Assembly (NCBI RefSeq): GCF_036365525.1
Contig: NC_090377.1
Coordinates: 127,253,594-127,317,593 of the forward strand
DNA from: Heterodontus francisci
Taxonomy: Eukaryota
Direction: 5' to 3'
DNA length: 64,000 bases
Part shown: one piece after another, positions 11,251 through 24,257 of the stretch
Numbering within the stretch: position 1 is the stretch's first letter
Layout: each line of letters opens with the position of its first letter
Position numbers and translations under genes: made by a program
The notes under the pieces: model-generated
Databases searched by the model: none
Told to the model about the DNA's origin: nothing
Seen by the model: only the letters and a program-made list of their open reading frames with translations

Positions 11251-13648
11251 CCTCTCTTACTATGTAACGATAAATGTATCATTGAATGTCAGTGTCAACA
11301 GCCTGTGCAGCTTTATAAAAGGTTACTACTATTTATACTACTGCAGTCCATTAGCTTCAAAAGTAAAGGCAAGTAAGGACTTTAGATTGTAGTGGGTCGT
11401 GTTTGGAGTAGAACAAGACCCCTAGCATAATTAGTATTTTTTAATTAACGGGAGTAACTAAGTAATCTAAAGGTAAGTCATGGCAGGAGATTTCGGACCC
11501 GTGATATGCTCCTCCTGCGCTATGTGGCAAATCAGGGATGCTTCCAGTGACCTTGACGACCATGTATGCAGGAAGTGTATCCATCTGCAGCTACTGGCTA
11601 CCCGCATTATGGAGCTGGAGCTGCGGGTGGATTCACTGTGGAGCATCCGCGATGCTGAGATCATTGGGGATAATACGTTTAGCAAGGTGGTCACACCGCA
11701 GGCAAATGCTGCAAAGGCAGAAAGGGAATGGGTGACCACCAGGCAGAGTAGAGGAAGGTAGGTAGTGCAGGAGTCCCCTGTGGCCATCCCTCTCACTAAC
11801 AGATATACCGCTTTGGATATTGTTGGGGGAGATGGCTCAGGGGAAAGCAGCAAGAGCCAAGTTCATGGCACCATGGGTGGCTCTGCTGCACAGGAGGGGA
11901 GGAAGAAGAGTGGCAGGACTATGGTGATAGGGGATCCAATTGTAAGGGGAACAGACAGGTGTTTTTGCGGCTGCAAAAGAGACTCCAGGATGGTATGTTG
12001 CCTCCCTGGTGCTAGGGTCAAGGATGTCTCTGAGCGGCTGCAGAGGATTCTGAGGGGGGAGGGTGAGCAGCCAGTTGTTGTGGTACATATCAGTACCAAC
12101 GACATAGGTTAAAAAAGGAAGAGGTCCTACAAGCTGAATATAGGGAGTTAGGACGCAAATTAAAAAGTAGGACCTCAAAGGTGGAAATCTCAGGATTACT
12201 ACCAGTACCACGTGCTAGTGAGAGCAGAAATAGCAGGATATAGATGAATACGTGGCTAGAGAAATGGTGTATGGGGGAGGGATTCGGATTCCTGGGACAT
12301 CGGGACCAGTTCTGGGATGGGTAGGACCGGTACAGTCTGGACGAATTGCATCTGGGCAGGGCCGGGACCAATTTCCTCAGGGGGGTATTTGTTAGTGCTA
12401 TCGGGGAGGGTATGAACTAGAACGGCAGGGGAATGGGAATCTGGCAGGGAGACAGAGGAGGGGGAAACAAGGATAGAAATGAAAGACAGGAAGGTAAGAA
12501 GCAAAAGTGGAAAGCAGAGAAAACAAGGGCGAGAAACAAATGGGGCCAGAGTGCAAAATAAAGCTAAGATGATTAGCAATGTTAAAAAGACAAGTCTAAA
12601 GGCATTGTGTCTTAATGTGTGGAGCATTCGCAATAAGGTAGATGAATTAACAGCGCAAATAGATATAAACGGTTATAATATAGTTGCGATTACGGAGACA
12701 TGTCTGCAGGGTGACCAAGGATGGGAACTGAACATCCAGGGGTATTCAATATTTAGGAAGGACAGGCAAAAAGGGAAAGGAGGTGGGGTAGCATGGTTAG
12801 TAAAGGAGGAAATCAATGCAATAGTGAGGAAAGATATTAGCTTGGAAATTCATGATGTGTATGGGTGGAGCTAAGAAACACCAAGGGGCAGAAAACATTG
12901 GTGGGGGTTGTTTATAGGCCCCCAAACAGTAGTGAAGATGTAAGGGATGGCATCAAACAGGAAATTAGAGACGCATGCAATCAGGGTACAACTGTAATCA
13001 TGGGTGATTTTAATCTACATATAGATTGATCAAACCAAATTAGCAATAATACTGCGGAACAGGATTTCCTGGAGTGTATACGTGACGGTTTTTTAGACCA
13101 ATACATTGAGGAACCAACTGGAGAACAGGCTATCCTAGACTGGAGGTATTGTGCAATGAGAAAGGATTAATTAACAATCTTGTTGTGCGGCGTCCCTTGG
13201 GGAGGAGTGACCATAACATGATAGAATTCTTCATTAAAATGGAGAGTGAAGGAGTTGAATCTGCAACTAGGGTCCTGAATCAAATTAAGGAAACTACGAA
13301 GGTATGAGGCATGAGTTGGCTATGGTAGATTGGGGAACTTTACTTAAAAGGTTGACGGTGGATAGGCAATGGATAATATTTAAAGAACGGGGGCATGAGT
13401 TACAACAATTATTCATTCCTGTCTGGCGCAAAAATAAAACCGGAAAGGTGGCTCAACTGTGGCGAACAAAAGAATTAGGAATAGTATTAGATCCAAAGAG
13501 GAGGCATTTAAAATTGCCAGAAAAAGCAGCAAATCTGAGGATTGGGAGCAGTTTAGAATTCAGTCAAGGAGGACAAAGAGGTTGATTAAGTGGGGGAAAA
13601 TAGAGTATGAGAGTAAACTTGTGGGGAACATAAAAACTGACTGTAAAA

Positions 13649-13999
13649 TTTTATTTAGTTAGAGATACAGCACTGAAACAGGCCCTTCGGCCCACCGAGT
13701 CTGTGCCAACCATCAACCACCCATTTATATTAATCCTACACTAATTCCATATTCCTACCACACCCCCACCTGTCCCTATATTTCCCTACCACCTACCTAC
13801 AATAGGGGCAATTTATAATGGCCAATTTACCTATCAACCTGCAAGTCTTTGGCATGTGGGAGGAAACCGGAGCACCTGGAGGAAACCCACACAGACACAG
13901 GGAGAACTTGCAAACTCCACACAGGCAGTAGCCAGAATTGAACCCGTGTCGCTGGAGCTGTGAGGCTGCGGTGCTAACCACTGCGCCACTGTGCCACCC
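13649..13999 (-). mobile_element. tRNA-derived SINE (HE1/V-SINE-like) with CR1-type tail
   Basis: A box TGGCGCAGTGG, B box GGTTCAATTC, tail GGGCCGAAGGGCCTGTTTCAGTGCTGTATCTCT. Near-identical to the copies at 19852 and 22722. Confidence 0.9.
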
Positions 14000-15041
14000 A
14001 TTCTACAAATATGTGAAGAGAAAAAGATTGCTGAAGACAAATGTAGGTCCCTTACAGTTAGAAACAGGGGAAATTATAAGGGGGAACAAAGAAATGGCAG
14101 AACAATTAAACACTCCCTTGGTTCTGTCTTCACAAAGGAGGAGACAAATGACCTCCCAGAAATGTTAGGGAACCAAGAGTCTAATAAGAGGTAGGAACAG
14201 AAGGAAATCAATATTAGTAAAAAAATAGTGCGAGGGAAATTAACGTGTTAAAGGCTGACAAATCCCCAGGGCCTGATAATCTACATCCCGGAATACTAAA
14301 GGAAGTGGCCCTGGAAATAGTGGATGCATTGGTGGTCATCTTCCAAAATTCTATAGACTCTGGAGCAGTTCCTACAGATTAGAGAGTGACAAATGTAACC
14401 CCACTATTTAAAAAAGGAGGGAGAAAAAACTGGGAATTACAGACCAGTTGGCCTTACATCAGTAGTGGAGAAAATGCTAGAGTCTATTATAAAGGATGTG
14501 ATAGCAGAACACCTGGAAAGCATAAACAGGATTGGATAAAGTCAGCATGGGTTTACAAAAGGGAAATCATGCTGAACAAATCTGCTGGAGTTTTTTGAGG
14601 ATGTATCTAGTAGAATAGATAAGGGAGAACCAGTGGATGTGGTGTATTTGGATTTTCAGAAGGCTTTTGATAAGGTCCCACATAAGAGGTTAGTGTGCAA
14701 AATTACAGCACGGGATTGGGGGTAATATACTGGCATGGATTGAGAATTGGTTGACAGACAGGAAACAGAGAGTAGGAATAAGCAGGCCTTTTTCCGGGTG
14801 GCAGGCAGTGACTCGTGGGGTGCCGCAGGGATTACTGCTTGGGCCCCAGCTATTCACAATATATATGAATGACTTGGGTGAGGAAACTAAATGTAATATT
14901 TCTACGTTTGCAGACAGCACAAAGCTGGGGAGGTTGGGGGGGGGGGGGGTGGGAAATGTGAGTTGTGAGGAGGATGCAAAGAGACTCCAATGTGATTTGG
15001 ACAAGTTGGGTGAGTGGGCAAATGCATGGCAGATGCAGTAT

Positions 15042-15596
15042 TCTTCTTTTTTTTCTTTTGGGCCTCCTTATCTCGAGAGACAATGGATACGCGCCTGGAG
15101 GTGGTCAGTGGTTTGTGAAGCAGCGCCTGGAGTGGCTATAAAGGCCAATTCTGGAGTGACAGGCTCTTCCACAGGTGCTGCAGAGAAATTTGTTTGTTGG
15201 GGCTGTTGCACAGTTGGCTCTCCCCTTGCGCCTCTGTCTTTTTTCCTGCCAACTGCTAAGTCTCTTCGACTCGCCACAATTTAGCCCTGTCTTTATGGCT
15301 GCCCGCCAGCTCTGGCGAATGCTGGCAACTGACTCCCACGACTTGTGATCAATGTCACACGATTTCATGTCGCGTTTGCAGACGTCTTTATAACGGAGAC
15401 ATGGACGGCCGGTGGGTCTGATACCAGTGGCGAGCTCGCTGTACAATGTGTCTTTGGGGATCCTGCCATCTTCCATGCGGCTCACATGGCCAAGCCATCT
15501 CAAGCGCCGCTGACTCAGTAGTGTGTACAAGCTGGGGGTGTTGGCCGCTTCAAGGACTTCTGTGTTGGAGATATAGTCCTGCCACCTGATGGCAGG
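15042..15596 (-). mobile_element. 5'-truncated RTE LINE, young
   Basis: Uninterrupted QRRLRWLGHVSRMEDGRIPKD..CSTCGRACHSRIGLYSH. Perfect 15-bp TSD TGGCAGATGCAGTAT (15027-15041 / 15597-15611). Confidence 0.93.
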
Positions 15597-16420
15597 TGGC
15601 AGATGCAGTATAACGTGGATAAATGTGAGATTATCCACTTTGGTTGTAAAAACAGAAAGGCAGATAATTATCTGAATGATGATAGATTGGGAAATGGGGA
15701 GGTGCAACGAGACCTGGGTGTCCTTGTACACCAGTCGCTGAAAGCAAGCATTCAGGTGCAGCAAGCAGTTAGGAAGGCAAATGGTATGTTGGTCTTCATT
15801 GCAAGAGGATTTGAGTATAGGAGCAAGGATGTCTTGCTGCAGTTATACAGGGCCTTTGGTGAGACCACATCTGGAGTATTGTGTGCAGTTTTGGTCTCCT
15901 TATCTGAGGAAGGATGGTCTTGCCATGGAGGGAGTGCAAAGAAGATTTACTAGGCTGATTCCTGTGATAGCAGGATTGACATATGAGGAGAGATTGGGCC
16001 GACTAGGCCTATATTCGCTAGAGTTTCGAAGAATGAGAGGGGATCTCATAGAAACCTATAAAATTCTAACAGGACTAGACAGGCTAGATGCAGGGAGGAT
16101 GTTCCCGATGGCTGGGGAGTCCAGAACCAGGGGTCACAATCTCAGGATACAGGGTATGCCATTTAGGACCGAGGTGAGGAGAAATTTCTTCACTCAGAGG
16201 GTGGTGAACCTGTGGAATTCTCTACCGCAGAAGGCAGTGGAGGCCGTCATTAAATATATTCAAGTAGGAGATAGATATATTTCTTAATGCCAAAGGGATA
16301 TGGGGAGAAAGCAGGAACAGGGGTACTGAATTAGACGATCAGCCATGATCTTTTTTGAATGGCGGAGCAGGCCCGAAGGGCAGAATGGCCTACCCCTGCT
16401 CCTATTTTCTAACTTTCTAT

Positions 16421-17100
16421 GAATACATTTAAGGCTGGGATTGATAGAGTTTTGGTCTCGCAGGGAATCAAGGGACATGGGGGGCTGACAGGAAAGTGGA
16501 ATTGAAGCCCAAGATCAGCCATCATCATATTGAATGGTGGAGCAGGCTCGATGGGCCATATGGTCAATTTTGGCTCCTATTTCTTGTGTTCTTACCACAT
16601 TCTGTATTTCACTCTCCTCCTCTTGTATAATGTCTGCATCATCTACCTCTTCTGTGAAGGCAAACGTACCGTGAAAGAACCATGCCTACGTCTTCTGCCT
16701 CCAAATACAGGTTCCCTTTTTGATCTCTGATCAGTCCTGCTCTTTTCTTAGTTAGTTTCCTGTTCTTTGTGCATTTATAAAACATTTTTGGGTTTTCCCT
16801 GATTGTACTTTCCAATTATTTTTTCAGGTCCTCTCTTTACTTTCTAATTTCCTTTTTAATTTCACCCCTGCATTTTTCATACACCTCTTTGCTTTCCTAA
16901 TTTGCTTTGTAATTTCATCTCTGCACTCTCTATACACCTCTCAGCTTTCTGCAGTTTTGAGCTCTCGGAATCTGACAGACATTCCTTTTTGGCTTTATCG
17001 CATCCCATGTGCTCCTTGACATCCGGTGGGGGGGGGTCTAGGTTTGGGAGTCCAACCCTTTTCCTTTGTGAGAACATATTTGTTCTGAACCTTCATTATC
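16421..17100. mobile_element. Second CR1 tail (+) followed by a degraded CR1 fragment (-)
   Basis: Repeat of the GATCAGCCAT..GAATGGTGGAGCAGGCTCG tail motif, then degenerate ORF2-like sequence. Confidence 0.55.
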
Positions 17101-17104
17101 TCCT

Positions 17105-18052
17105 AAAAGTAAAATACTGCAGATGCTGGAAATCTGAAATAAAAAACAGAAAATGCTGGAAATACTCAGCAGGTCTGGCAGCACCTGTGGAGAAACAGAA
17201 TTAACATTTTGGCCTGAATTTTACTCGTGCAAATCGCCGCAGCGTGCTTTGATCTTGGCGGTCCGCCTGTGCAGAACCGCCGTCACTGAGCCCCCGCGAT
17301 ATTTCGCGCTGGGGGCTCATTTAAATGGACAGGGTGGAGCAGCTGCTCCAATGACATAGAGGGAGCAGCCGCTCCATCCCCAGCAACGGTGTCCGGCGCC
17401 ACTGTGCAGGTGTCAGCGCCATTTTTAAAGCGCTTCAAGCCCTTGGAAAAAGTTTGAATTTTTAATGGCACATTGTCATTAAAAAAATAAATAAAAGCTG
17501 GAGGACTTTTCCCACCCTCATGTTTGTTTTTGGGCCTATTGCTCCAAGATTAATTTTATTCCCAACCCCAACTTTCCCCCGCCAACCTCATTACCTTTGC
17601 CCTGCAACCACTTCCCACCACCCCACAGCCAATACAAAGTGTTTTCCCCTCTCCCTTGCCCCCGATAATTTCACTCCTCCCCCCTCCCCACCAGTGTCAT
17701 GCCTCGGAACACCGAACAGAATTCCGAAGGCATGGGAGTTCCGTCCAGCAGCCAGAATATTGGTGTGGGATGGCCGCCGGGACAAGGTAAGTTGATTTGC
17801 ATTAATTTCGATTCATTTTAAAGAGCGGCCGGTGGGAGACCACACCAAGGCCTCACCGCTGCTGGTAAAATGCGTGAGGCCTTCTTGGCGCTCAGGGTCA
17901 TGGCGGCCCTCTCCCGGAAGAATGTTCCGGGCCCCCCTGCCACGACCCCCAACATCGGAGGGCGAGTAAAATTCAGCCCTTCAGGTCAATGGCCTTTCAT
18001 CAGAACTCAGTTAACTCTGTTTCTCTCTCCACAGATGCTGCCAGACCTGCTG
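17105..18052. mobile_element. Penelope-terminus-derived short element (inverted arms) split by a MITE
   Basis: Matches the 3' end of the Penelope element at 63670-63771 in both orientations (17105-17210 plus 17980-18007 on -, 18008-18052 on +). Confidence 0.75.
17211..17979. mobile_element. Harbinger-type MITE
   Basis: 17-bp TIRs GGCCTGAATTTTACTCG / CGAGTAAAATTCAGCCC. The right ~110 bp is homologous to 3880-3994. Confidence 0.88.
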
Positions 18053-18342
18053 ATGTGGATGTCGCTGACAAAGCCAGCATTTAATGCCCATCCCTAATTG
18101 CCCATGAGAAGGTGCTGATGAGCCACCTTCCTGAACCACTGTGGTCCATGCAGGATTTTGACTCAGCAACGATGAAGGAACAGGGTGGTGTGTGTCTTGC
18201 AGGGGGACTTGCAGGTGATGGTGTTCTCATTCACCTGCTGTCCTTGTCCTTCTAGGTCACAGGTTTGGGAGGTACTGTCAAAGAAGCCTTGGTAAGTTGT
18301 TGCGGTGCATCTTGTAGATGATACACACTGTAGCCATGGTGA
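18053..18342 (-). mobile_element. LINE family B 3' tail
   Basis: Colinear with 46081-46450. Confidence 0.75.
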
Positions 18343-18808
18343 AACAGAACCTTAGAGATGAAGGGAAAATTAAAAACAGAGCATAATCAGAAGCACCAAA
18401 TGATTTAGGATAAGCTTTTTGAAGAGGGGAAATACATAAAAATCTAATTATAAAAACATACAAACAGGAGTAGGCCATTTACCCCCTTGAGATGGTTCTG
18501 CCATTCAATTAGATCATGGTTGATCTGTACTTCAGCGTCACTTACCCACCTTAGGTAAAGATATGAAGGGACATTGACCAAACAAAAATTTTTCAACCCC
18601 AGTCTTGAAAATTTAAATTGAGCCAGCATCAAAAGCTTTTTGGGGGATCAAGTTCCAGTTTTCCACAAACCTTTTTGTGAAAACGTGCTTCCTGTCAATA
18701 GCATTTTAAAATATAAATTAAAAGGTCTTGGATTCAAGCCCCACTCGACAATTTACGCACATAATCTAACCTGAGACTTCAGTGCAGTACCACGGGAATG
18801 GAGATGCT

Positions 18809-21080
18809 GGGGCTGACATTGAACTCTGTAGTGCCCTTTATTTGGGTGCTATGAAGCCACTTAAGTTACCAAAATGGCACCACAATGGACACACACACTT
18901 GCAAAGGGAAATGCACTAGATGCTATATTTGTAAAGGGGTTTGGGCAAATGCACCTAATAACTGCTGGCAATGTGCAGTTCAGGCAGATCATGACGTTAA
19001 TCTGTGTATAATACTGATTTGACACTAGCACTACTATTTTGGAGCTGCACATTACAGCCTATGCCCTCTGTATCTCACATAACAGAACACCTGTTCAATA
19101 ACATGAGGACCCCTCTCCAGCAGTGCTATTTAAAGGGATCATCAACTACTTGCAGTTTAATTACTGGATTATTTCTTCTGGCTTTTTGCTGCAAGTTTAT
19201 GCCTTTTAGGTGCTTCTCTATACTTGTTTAAAGTTTCAATAGTCTACAGGGAGTAGTGCAAAACCACATTGTTTGATGACTAAGGGATTCTGTGGAAACC
19301 AGTTGGTTCCAGAGATGGGAGGTTGAGTAGGGCTTCCTCTTGGCATTGAGCATGCCTGGGAGAATGAGCAGAGGCCATGCGGAGCAGAACAGTCTGCTAG
19401 AGGAGGGAGGAGAAGGGAAAGAAGGGCTCTCAGCAATGCTGCATTCCATAATTGCCAGCACTGTCTTCTCCATGGGGGTTAAACCATGGAGGTGTGTATC
19501 TTGCCTTCCCGCTCATTCCTGCTGCCTCATATTGCGCACTAAGAAAAAGGAAAGTGTGCCAGTGAGTTTCATGCAAGATGTTTGAATGATGTGGCTCTCA
19601 TGGTGAATAGCTTCCAATGTGTGCAAGCTGTGGCATGAGGGTGCGAGGTTTGCAACAGTCCTATGTTTGTGAGGGTGAGTGGAAGCATATGAACGTTAGG
19701 TATGATTTCTGATTGGTACAGACTTTTGGTAGGTGATTGATGGGACGTGTAGTGAATTGAACAGTGGATAAAGCCAGTGGTACAGTTAGTAGGCTACAGC
19801 ATTTTAAGATGCACTCCTGCACTGCATCCAGGTCCTTGACCCAAGGTCCAAGGGGCGGCACAGTGGCGCAGTGGTTAGCACTGCAGCCTCACAGCTCCAG
19901 CAACCCGGGTTCAATTCTGGGTACTGCCTGTGCGGAGTTTGCAAATTCTCCCTGTGACCGTGTGGGTTTTTGCCGAGTGCTCCGGTTTCCTCCCACAGCC
20001 AAAGACTTGCAGGTTGATAGGTAAATTGGCCATTATAAATTGCCCCTAGTATAGGTCGGTGGTAGGGGAATTGAGGAAAGGTGTGGATGGGGTAGGAATA
20101 TGGGATTAATGTAGGATTAGTATAAATGGGTGGTTGATGGTCGGTACAGACTCGGTGGGCCGAAGGGCCTGTTTCAGTGCTGTATCTCTAAATAAAATAA
20201 ATTAACTACACTCTTGACATTGACCTCTTACCACTGCCTTCTGAGCTTCTGCCCTTCTTGAGGATACAGGATATCTCTCCTCCCTTCCAACTCTTCCACC
20301 AAAATCGCCAGCGCTACATCCAAAATCTTTGAACACAGTCTCTTCCATGGTCAGCCATTGTTGAATCGTCCACAGCATAGTCTTCGGAATGATCTCAGCA
20401 CCACTAGCAGCCGCAATCCACCTCCCTTTTAAGTGCAGGCTAGCTTTAAGTACTGCATTTATGGGGTTGGATTAAGCGTTCACGTCATGGCTTTCCACGA
20501 CGGACCCGGAAGCGGGCGCCATCACTGCTCAGTGCATGTGTGGCCAGCCCCCTGCAATTATGTGACGAGTGGCCAATTACAATATGGGAGACATGGAGCT
20601 CGGCAAATTACCCGGCGGGGGTGGGATTCATGGTGCCGAATGCAGCGTCGGATGACTCCGGAGCTAGTGCTGGTGCCATATTTAAAACCCTTTTGTCATT
20701 GTTGCCTTTGAGCTCTTCGTTGTTTGCTGCTGAGACCGAGACTGAGACTGAAAGCAAATTAAAGATTGGGACATATACATGGGGTGAAGATAGAAGCTGA
20801 AAAATTCTGAAAAGACTTTTTTTAAATTAACAAAAAGATTTAGCTTTAAAAATCTACTAATTAATCATTTAACAGCACACCACAACTATAAAATTATTTT
20901 TTTCAGAGTCAGCTCTGCTGTGCATCAAACTTTATTAATCACATCCCCATTAAAAACCCAGTTACACCTGACTGAGAATGTGTAACTTTTTAATGGGTTT
21001 CAAACAGCGATGTGGGGGCAGCAAAGTTGAATAGCATAGTGATTCTTGCACCCATTTTTGAGGGTAATTTAATTTAGCCC
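18809..21080 (-). mobile_element. Highly degraded Harbinger derivative with Myb/SANT-like remnant
   Basis: Minus strand 20200-20350 reads DVALAILVEELEGRRDILYP..W.EVNVKS and 19810-19845 reads RTWMQCR. Candidate ends GGGGCTGA / TTAGCCCC. Boundaries are approximate. Confidence 0.45.
19852..20200 (+). mobile_element. tRNA-derived SINE (HE1/V-SINE-like)
   Basis: A/B boxes, conserved body, CR1-type tail and (TAAAA)n end. Confidence 0.9.
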
Positions 21081-21460
21081 CTGCTGTCTTTCAACTTAAG
21101 ACATCAATCTGAGGTCATGTTTACCTGCACAGGCAATATTTGAAGAACAGACAGCTCTCTCAGTGCTGGCCAACATTCACCTCTCAACCAAAAGTAGATT
21201 AGCAAATCATTAATTTTCTCTGCTGTTTGTAGGATTTTAGCTGCTGCAACTTACACTTCAAAAGTACTTTACGAAGGTGCTAGATAAAAGCCAGTTCTGT
21301 CTTTCTACTGTATTGTCTTTAACTCCAAACTAGTGCTTACAGCTCCATCTGTTGTTACAATAATGTAATTCATCTCTTTGCATGACTAAAGTACCTCGTG
21401 ACATAGTCATAGCCTCATGATGAAACTGGAACTTCTGAACTGTTGTCAGCACCACAGTCA

Positions 21461-21742
21461 GGGGTGAACTTGGTCTACGCTAACAGCACGAAATGGGCTC
21501 ATATTGAAACACCAACAGACTTTTCACTGCGCCCAATCTTCTTTCCATTAAAGTTCACAGAATGACAGTTTAAACACTTTATGGGGACTTCTTTCCTAAT
21601 CTCTTTGTCGCTTTTACTTGGATTAAAAATCTTGGCAATATTTTCCAAGTCAATGGAAAATAAAAACTGGCGTGGTGCAAAGTTGGCTGCCGATTCACTA
21701 GGATTCCATCTTGCACTGCTGACATAGACAAATTTCACTCCC
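21461..21742. mobile_element. Small MITE
   Basis: Imperfect TIRs GGGGTGAACTTGGTCTACG / CATAGACAAATTTCACTCC. Confidence 0.6.
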
Positions 21743-22184
21743 ATTATGTTTAAAATCTGATTTGGCTAGTCAAAATGATTGCTGATTCTATAGTTCTGTC
21801 ACAAAGTGCTACATCTATCATCCAGTCCATGTGATTACAAAAAGCTGTTTAATTAAGATGGCGTAGTATGACTTTATGTGGCATGTGAGACAATGGTTGA
21901 GCATGTGTTGCTGCATTGCTGCAACTGAGCAATCAAACCAAGACTCCTGTTTGAATATTCACATAAGCATTTTATATGTGAATCATTTGTAATGTTTTAT
22001 TTGTGAATACTTTGTTACATTCTATTTAATTTTGAAATCAATTCAGAAGGCTTGGTTTTATATTGCATGCCAAAATGATAGTGTTCCTTTGGTCTACAAT
22101 GTTGAAATCAAAGATAATATGGGCTGGATTTTCTGTCTGGATCCCAATATCAGGATCAAATGTGGTCCCAACCAGAATAGCTTA

Positions 22185-23345
22185 CATTCCCTCCTAGCTT
22201 TGTATCATCAGCAAATTTAGATACGTTATTCTCGGTTTCTTCATCTAAGTCATTAATATAGATTGTAAATAGCTGAGGCCCCAGCGCTGTTCCTTGCGGC
22301 ATTCCACTAGTTACAGGCTGCCAACTTGAAAGAGCAGGGTCCATGCATAGAAATCACGATAAACCAGTGGACAGGTACTAAAAATAATTGGAATGTTGGC
22401 CTTATCTCAAGAGTGGGGTCTGGAATACAAAGGAATGCAAGTTATGCTACAGTTATATAAAACTCTGGCCACATCTGCTGTACTGCATTCAGTTCAGGGC
22501 GCTCCACCTCAGGAAGGATATATTGGCCTTGGCAGAGATGTAGCACATATTCACCAGAATGATTCTGGGGCTAAAAGGGTTAAATTATGTGGACAAGTTG
22601 CATAGGTATGGCTTTTATTCCCTAGAGTATAGAAGATTAAGTGGTGATCAAATTGATGTCGTCAAGATAACTTAAAAATTTGATAGGGTATTTCCTCTGA
22701 TGAGAATATGTGGGCATATTTGGGGTAGCATAGTGGCGCAGTGGTTAGCACCACAGCTTCAGAGCTCCAGTGACTCGGGTTCAATTCTGGGTACTGCCTG
22801 TGCAGAGTTTGCAAGTTCTCCCTGTGACCGCGTGGGTTTTCGCCGGGTGCTCCGGTTTCCTCCCACAGCCAAAGACTTGCAGGTTAATAGGTAAATTGGC
22901 CATTATAAATTGCCCCTTGTATAGGTAGGTGGTAGGGGAATTGAGGGAAGGTGGAGATGTGGTAGGAATATGGGATTAATGTAGGATTAGTATAAATGGG
23001 TGGTTGATGGTCAGCACAGACTCGGTGGGCCGAAGGGCCTATTTCAGTGCTGTATCTCCAAATAAATAAATGCAAAATTAGAGCTCGGCCACTCTGTGGT
23101 GATGTCAGGAAGCACATTTTCACACAAAGGGTAGTGGAAATCTGGAACTCTCTCTGCCAAAAAGCTGTTGAGGATGGGATTCAATTGAAAATTTCAAAAC
23201 TGAGATTGATAGAGTTTTGTTAGGTAAGGGTGTTAAGGGATATGGAATCAAGACAAGTAAATGGAGTTGAAATACAGATCAGGTATGATCTAGTTCAATG
23301 ACGGAACAGGCACGAGGGGCTGAATGGACTACTCCTATTCCTATG
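22185..23345. mobile_element. CR1 fragments: RT piece (-) at 22185-22330 and 3' end (+) at 22330-23345
   Basis: [29 protein letters not shown] on -, MLQLYKTL and the 3' UTR on +. Confidence 0.75.
22722..23070 (+). mobile_element. tRNA-derived SINE (HE1/V-SINE-like) nested in CR1
   Basis: A/B boxes and the same body and tail as the copy at 19852. Confidence 0.9.
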
Positions 23346-23679
23346 ACCCTATTCCCAATAGTTTGAAGCTCAGCAAGAAACAGTTGGGAATCATACATTT
23401 ACTTGCTTAACTTAAATGCTAAATCTTCAGGGAAGTAATTACAACACACATTTAATAATAACGATGTTTGTTATGCTTCTACATACCATGTATTGCATTA
23501 TATTATTTTGCTGCTAAGTCATAATTGTGTTTAAGCTGACCTATTGCTTTAAGTCATTTTAGTCTATTTGTAGATAATAAGAACATCCAAAGGCCATTTC
23601 GAAGTTAATTGCAGTTAATGAGGAATATCTGCAGATTTATAGATGCTTGTAAATTGTGAGCTGTGAGCTTTCACTCAGA

Positions 23680-23975
23680 GGATCCTACCACCTAGAACGA
23701 CAAGGGCAGCAGCTGCATGGGAACATCACCACCTGCAAGTTCCCCTCCAAGCCACACACCACCCTGACTTGGAACAACATCGCCGATCCTTCAGTGTCGC
23801 TGGGTCAAAATCCTGGAACTCCCTACCTAACAGCACTGTAGGTGTACCTACATTACATGAACTGCAGCAGTTCAAGAAGGCAGCTCACCACCACCTTCTC
23901 AAGGACAATTAGGGATGGGCAATAAATTCTGGCCTAGCCAACGACACCCACAGCCCAGGAACGAATAAAAAAAAA
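23680..23975 (+). mobile_element. LINE family B 3' tail
   Basis: CACCTGCAAGTTCCCCTCCAAGCC..GGGATGGGCAATAAA..poly(A). Confidence 0.8.
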
Positions 23976-24257
23976 ATTCCAGTGGGAAGCCCTCGATATT
24001 AATCAGGAGGCGGGAAGGATGCAGAGGAGTCTGGTAGCCAGGGATGATTTAAGTATGCAGAATCCTGCTTGACACCTGGCCAGATTGAACAGCTGGCAGG
24101 CGGGCAGTAGAGGACATCTGCAGCAGGAGGTCACAGCCGGGAACTGTGAAAATGATACCTGGCAGTTAGCTGTGGGGAAAACTGTTTGGAATGGATTGTG
24201 GTGGGGTTGGCAGCATGTGGAAGGGATCGGTGAAGGAAGAAGCCTGTGCGAAGGATT

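Larger units (their letters stand above)
11285..16420 (+). mobile_element. Near full-length CR1 LINE (ORF1 zinc finger + SGNH esterase; ORF2 EN-RT), inactivated
   Basis: CSSCAMW..CRKC, VIGDPIVRGTD, CCLPGARVKDV and VVVHISTND in ORF1. LCLNVWSIRNK..AITET, VPQGLLLGPQLF, FADSTK and RPHLEYCVQFWSP in ORF2. CR1 3' UTR present. Many stops and frameshifts. Confidence 0.92.

Noticed and set aside
14927-14953. G-run as a functional G-quadruplex element
   Set aside because: Homopolymer expansion inside a dead CR1 RT with no independent support.
19852-19925. tRNA gene (also 13925-13999 and 22722-22795)
   Set aside because: A/B boxes are followed by a shared SINE body and LINE tail, so these are SINE heads.
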